Part shown: positions 60,024 to 64,000 of the stretch, piece by piece
Numbering within the stretch: position 1 is the first letter of the stretch
How the letters are laid out: every line of letters begins with the position of its first letter
NCBI GenBank assembly: GCA_030167865.1
Contig: JALAGF010000236.1
Location: 1 to 64,000, forward strand
DNA: 64,000 nt
From: Craspedostauros australis
Lineage: Eukaryota
Direction of reading: 5' to 3'
Position numbers and translations under genes: made by a program
Notes under the pieces: generated by a model
What the model was told of the DNA's origin: nothing
Databases searched by the model: none
What the model saw: the letters and a program-made list of their open reading frames with translations, nothing else

Positions 60024-61436
60024 ATGGACCCACAAGCTCACGCATCTTCCCAGACAGAAGGCAATCCAACCACGCACGCAACCAGACATGCAACCATGCA
60101 TCCAAGAAGAATCCAGACGACATTTCCTTTCAACCGGCTTCATTCATCGTTCCTGACTGCGAGCGATGAAGACAACGATTCGGTGGGATCGTTCCTCCCA
60201 GCAAGTGATGAAGGCAAGAGCAGCGATAATCACGAGCATGCGGGCAGTTGCAGCGCACGCAGAGGGTACACATACCCGCACGGCGACCACGCCACTGGCA
60301 ATAGCAACAGCATCGATATCAACGGTGGTTACAAGGATGAAATGAAGCCGGCCTTCGTTCTGACGAACAAGTTCTTCTTCGTCTCGGATGAACTTCGTGA
60401 TCGCTTCCAAAGCGACGCCGTCAGCCAGGAGCCTCAGGTTCCATCTTCCGGCGCTGCTGCTGCCACGGCCATCAACTGCGATGACGATTGCTTGGATGGC
60501 ACAGATGAAGGCAAACTGAATTGGGATCTTGATCTTGGCATTGACCAACGTTGCAACAAGTGCAATCTCAATCTTCCGGCGAACGGCAATGTGGCCAACT
60601 GCAACCGCGACGACGGACTGCCCTCTTCCCTCCGCACATCTTCAAGTAGGATCAGCAGCCTACTTGCGCCATCACCAATCCGCACATGCAGTTCCGCCCA
60701 TAACAACAAACTCTCCAGACTCATGCACCAGAAGGCAAGCGCCGCCACCATTATCGACTTGACCGCCGAATCGGACGATGAAGGTGAAGACGAGGACAAC
60801 GCCAACCGCAGCAGCAACGGCGAAGGTACCACGCCACGCACTCGTGAGCATACCACCATCCTCCCATCCCGCATTGCTTCGTCTCCAATGATGAACCGAC
60901 GCTCGGCGAAGACGTTGAACTCCAGGATGAAGGCAGAGAAGGTCGAAGATGACCGGTCAAGCCTCCAAGTCAACTTTGCCGAGGCGATCAACTGTATCGA
61001 TCATCACGACGATAGTAAGCGACCGTACCATAGCACAGGGACACAGCAGCGATTGGGCGAGCCCAGCACCAAGGCCAAGCGCCGACGCCTGGCCACGCCC
61101 TGCACACCCTTCACTGCCATGGCACACGTATCCGTGGTGACTCCACCGCTCGCAAACGACCACGACGACAACAACTTCGCCGGCATGGCATCACCCGACA
61201 CCACGGCTTCCTTTGATCAGAAGGTCGACTTCATCGTCCGCAATGCGCCCTTGCCGTCTCTCGCGCTCGAGGACATCGCGTTGGGGTCGCTTGCACCACG
61301 CGAGTCTTCGTACTACCCGCCACTCGCGTTCCGGTCCTTCCAGAATGCCTGCAACAGTTTTGCGGACGAGATGACAGAACATCTCCTGCTGCCAGAAGCG
61401 ACTCCCAGTCACCAGGATGCGTTGAACTATCAATGA
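60024..61436 (+). CDS. Hypothetical low-complexity protein
   Basis: 470-codon ORF, S/D/A/N-rich, with SIM-like IIDLT followed by acidic residues and basic KAKRRR; AATAAA downstream. Confidence 0.6.
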   Translation: MDPQAHASSQTEGNPTTHATRHATMHPRRIQTTFPFNRLHSSFLTASDEDNDSVGSFLPASDEGKSSDNHEHAGSCSARRGYTYPHGDHATGNSNSIDINGGYKDEMKPAFVLTNKFFFVSDELRDRFQSDAVSQEPQVPSSGAAAATAINCDDDCLDGTDEGKLNWDLDLGIDQRCNKCNLNLPANGNVANCNRDDGLPSSLRTSSSRISSLLAPSPIRTCSSAHNNKLSRLMHQKASAATIIDLTAESDDEGEDEDNANRSSNGEGTTPRTREHTTILPSRIASSPMMNRRSAKTLNSRMKAEKVEDDRSSLQVNFAEAINCIDHHDDSKRPYHSTGTQQRLGEPSTKAKRRRLATPCTPFTAMAHVSVVTPPLANDHDDNNFAGMASPDTTASFDQKVDFIVRNAPLPSLALEDIALGSLAPRESSYYPPLAFRSFQNACNSFADEMTEHLLLPEATPSHQDALNYQ

Positions 61437-61756
61437 GGACGATGGTAATGAGATGAGAGCTTCGATTCGGCCCCGAAGCAAAGTGAATGTTAACCTGTTC
61501 AAGTTGTGTTTTATGGTTTTAGACAATAAATTAGTTACGAGTGCTCTTACATGAGTCACCGGTGTATTCGTACTACTGCTTTAGAGCCGAGCAACTGCGA
61601 CAGAGTCGAGTCAAGTTCTCTACTTTCTGCCAAGAACCTCGTTCAGAGAACTCTGTGGTACTCTCTCCAAATCCGCATTCTTTTGGAGGCACTAGAGGAC
61701 ACAGACATGCGGCTGCGCTCAGTTGCGCCGTACCAGTATGGCAGTATTGAGGGGCC

Positions 61757-62737
61757 TCATTTCTTTGACCACCGAGCACATTGTTGCTTGTGCCCCTGCT
61801 TCCAGTGCTGCACCTGGCAATCCCGACTGCAGTAGGCGACGCGCTTGCAGCGTTGGCAACACCGCAACGGCTGCAGGTTCTGTTCGGGTGATACGTCGGT
61901 GGACGTCGACGCCGATTTCTCCTCCTCTTCCTTTGACGCCGTCACGAAGTAGGTGTTGTTGCACCCCGGATTCGCGCAGGTCGCCGGCAGCACCACGGCA
62001 CCCTGGACTTCATCCAGAACCAACGCCACGAGCTGCAGCAGCAGATGCCGGCGTTCCAGAACATGGGCAAAGATCGGCCCCTCCAACGCCACGCCGTCCT
62101 CGATCATTTCCATGAACTTCCGCGCAAGCTGGGGATTGATCGTCTTGAGCTTCTCCGTGTCGACCGACATGGGCTCTCCCACATGCGACCCACCCTCCAA
62201 CAGGGCGATCAGATTCTCCTTCTCATCATCAGGCTCGAGCTTGCCGTCCTCAATGTAATCGCGGATGACCCTGGCATCGAGGCGGTACTGCAGGTTGAGC
62301 GGATGCGACAGGACGGAATTCTCAATGACGTTGATGAAGAGCTGCGGGTCCCTGCAGAAGGTGTTCAAGGATGCGAATTCGGGCAGCAGCAGGCGCTTCA
62401 TGGCGACCTCGGATGACGCGCCTCCCTCCGTGCAGAGATCGGGCGAGATGGCCGCCAGCAGGTTGCGACGCGCGTTGGCCTTGATGCCACGCCATATGTG
62501 CTGCACCATGTCGCCGTGCTGCTTCCAATGCCTTCGGATGCCTTCGTCGAGCGCCACGACGGCCTCCGTTTGGGAAGGGTTGGTGAGAACGGTGTTGCTC
62601 ATGATGCAGGCATCGTTGCTGTCGGATGATGATGTGCACGTGATGTTCTCGCGCGATGCCCACGTCCAGTTGGCTTTCAGAACGTACGCCGCTATGCGCT
62701 CGTCGCGTCCGTCGTCCACGATGTCCACGGTTACCAT
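61757..62737 (-). CDS. MYND zinc-finger protein
   Basis: CANPGC...LRCCQRCKRVAYCSRDCQVQHWKQGHKQQC at the C-terminus. Confidence 0.85.
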   Translation of the reverse strand: MVTVDIVDDGRDERIAAYVLKANWTWASRENITCTSSSDSNDACIMSNTVLTNPSQTEAVVALDEGIRRHWKQHGDMVQHIWRGIKANARRNLLAAISPDLCTEGGASSEVAMKRLLLPEFASLNTFCRDPQLFINVIENSVLSHPLNLQYRLDARVIRDYIEDGKLEPDDEKENLIALLEGGSHVGEPMSVDTEKLKTINPQLARKFMEMIEDGVALEGPIFAHVLERRHLLLQLVALVLDEVQGAVVLPATCANPGCNNTYFVTASKEEEEKSASTSTDVSPEQNLQPLRCCQRCKRVAYCSRDCQVQHWKQGHKQQCARWSKK

Positions 62738-63505
62738 GATCGTGTGTTGTCCCAGCGTGTACTGCTATATGTACGAGTATGTACGAGTATGTACGTCGGA
62801 ATGTGAGAGATCAAGCCGGTCTCTTTGTGATCTCCAGGGGCACAGGACGGCGTGGTGTGGCATGGCATGCGAGAAAGCAGGAGGCGAAGGATCTCGAGGA
62901 AGTCGACACCAACAGCGAAAAGAGAGGAAGACCCGTTCGTGTTGCGTGGAAGGAAAATGAGGAAACAAGAGTCATCGCAAAACGTTGTGGTATCCGGGAT
63001 TGGATGGAGCATGAAGCCAGATGATTCCCGCTTTAAGTATTCGAATGAGTCATCGTCGCGTCGAAACAAGCTTTTGTGCTGTTTGCGCGATGAGACGAGA
63101 TGCGACGTCGAACACAGATCAGTCCAAGAGGGAGCATCCTTGGTGGTAACCACTACGGCTACGATCATTCGCACTCATTCGAGTAACTCTGCTCTGCACT
63201 ACTCCATCGCATAACACCGTTCCATGCATACGACGACCAGTGGAGCAACCCACGAATGGTATGTACCTCCTCCTGGATTACTCTCTCAAATACTCTGCGG
63301 CGTTCGAGGCAAGCATGGCAACACACCAAACGGCTTGTTGAAGGCAATAGGAGAACTCCGCACAGAACACGAAACGACTCCCAAAGTTCGCCAAACGCAC
63401 GCGTACGGACACGGGTACGATTTCTTTCTCAATCTCTCATTCAAGTCGTCTGAAGTCATTCATCACAATTCTCTCTGTGCAGCTCATTGATCACATTCCA
63501 GAAAG

Positions 63506-64000
63506 ATGCCAACCGCCAAGACAGAGACGTCCTTCACGGACGACGTCCCAGCCGACGATGTGGAAAACGACATCGAGATGAAGTACTCGAACCAAACCGC
63601 CGCACATTCCAACAGCGAGGAAGAAAGCTGCGGATTGCTTTCGGCTGACGATGGCGACGACGATGCCGCGTCCGACTTGAACGATGTCAACGACGATGGC
63701 GAGATGTACAGGACGTTGCGTCTGCGCAAGTACACCACTGATGAGGACAATGAATCGTCGTCGTGCTTTCACAACATCCAATGCTTGGCTTGGTTCATGC
63801 TGGGCGTGCTGGTGGTGGGTTGCATCGCCGTGTTTGCGCCAAAACAGCCATCGACACCGCGGACATCGACGCAAGCATCGGCCATCGTCGATTACCAATG
63901 TCCGGCCAAGATCTCCAAGTCACGCACGTTCGATCAATTCGATGAAGCCGAATACATCAAGGAGGCCAAGCAGCAAGGCACCGACAACATGACGCACTTT
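63506..64000 (+). CDS. 5' part of a probable type II membrane protein, runs off the window
   Basis: ATG at 63506 is open to the window end; acidic N-terminus, then one hydrophobic span (LAWFMLGVLVVGCIAVFA). Confidence 0.65.
   Translation, partial: MPTAKTETSFTDDVPADDVENDIEMKYSNQTAAHSNSEEESCGLLSADDGDDDAASDLNDVNDDGEMYRTLRLRKYTTDEDNESSSCFHNIQCLAWFMLGVLVVGCIAVFAPKQPSTPRTSTQASAIVDYQCPAKISKSRTFDQFDEAEYIKEAKQQGTDNMTHF

Noticed and set aside
1-64000. CRISPR arrays, tRNA/rRNA genes, intact transposons
   Set aside because: No repeat-spacer arrays, cloverleaf or rRNA signatures, or transposase, integrase or reverse transcriptase motifs were recognised by eye; a covariance-model scan was not possible.

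Overview
Eukaryotic nuclear DNA, most likely from a pennate diatom. This is inferred from GT-AG introns of about 100-600 nt, compact gene spacing, and three genes with bipartite signal peptide plus ASAFAP-type plastid-targeting leaders. About 20 protein-coding genes are supported: an ABCG transporter, an IQ-like protein, Tad3/ADAT3, a ~3,800-aa DOCK-family protein, a DysF plus TRAF-zinc-finger protein, glycerol kinase, a secreted GH36-like hydrolase, S6 kinase, tyrosine aminotransferase, a signal-peptide ubiquitin-like protein, cytosolic SHMT, two tandem MATH-only paralogues, an RluA-like protein, a RibD-type deaminase, HCF101, a MYND-finger protein and several hypotheticals. No rRNA, tRNA, CRISPR array or intact mobile element was recognised. 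Most notable: (1) a plastid-targeted RibD/PyrD deaminase fused to a CRM (CRS1/YhbY) RNA-binding domain; (2) beside it, an RluA-like protein whose catalytic Asp is replaced by Pro; (3) tandem MATH genes differing by 26 amino acids but only 4 synonymous codons; (4) a DOCK protein apparently lacking the nucleotide-sensor valine motif; (5) a Tad3 lacking its zinc ligands; (6) a palindromic element upstream of SHMT. All domain calls are by-eye motif recognition, not database searches.
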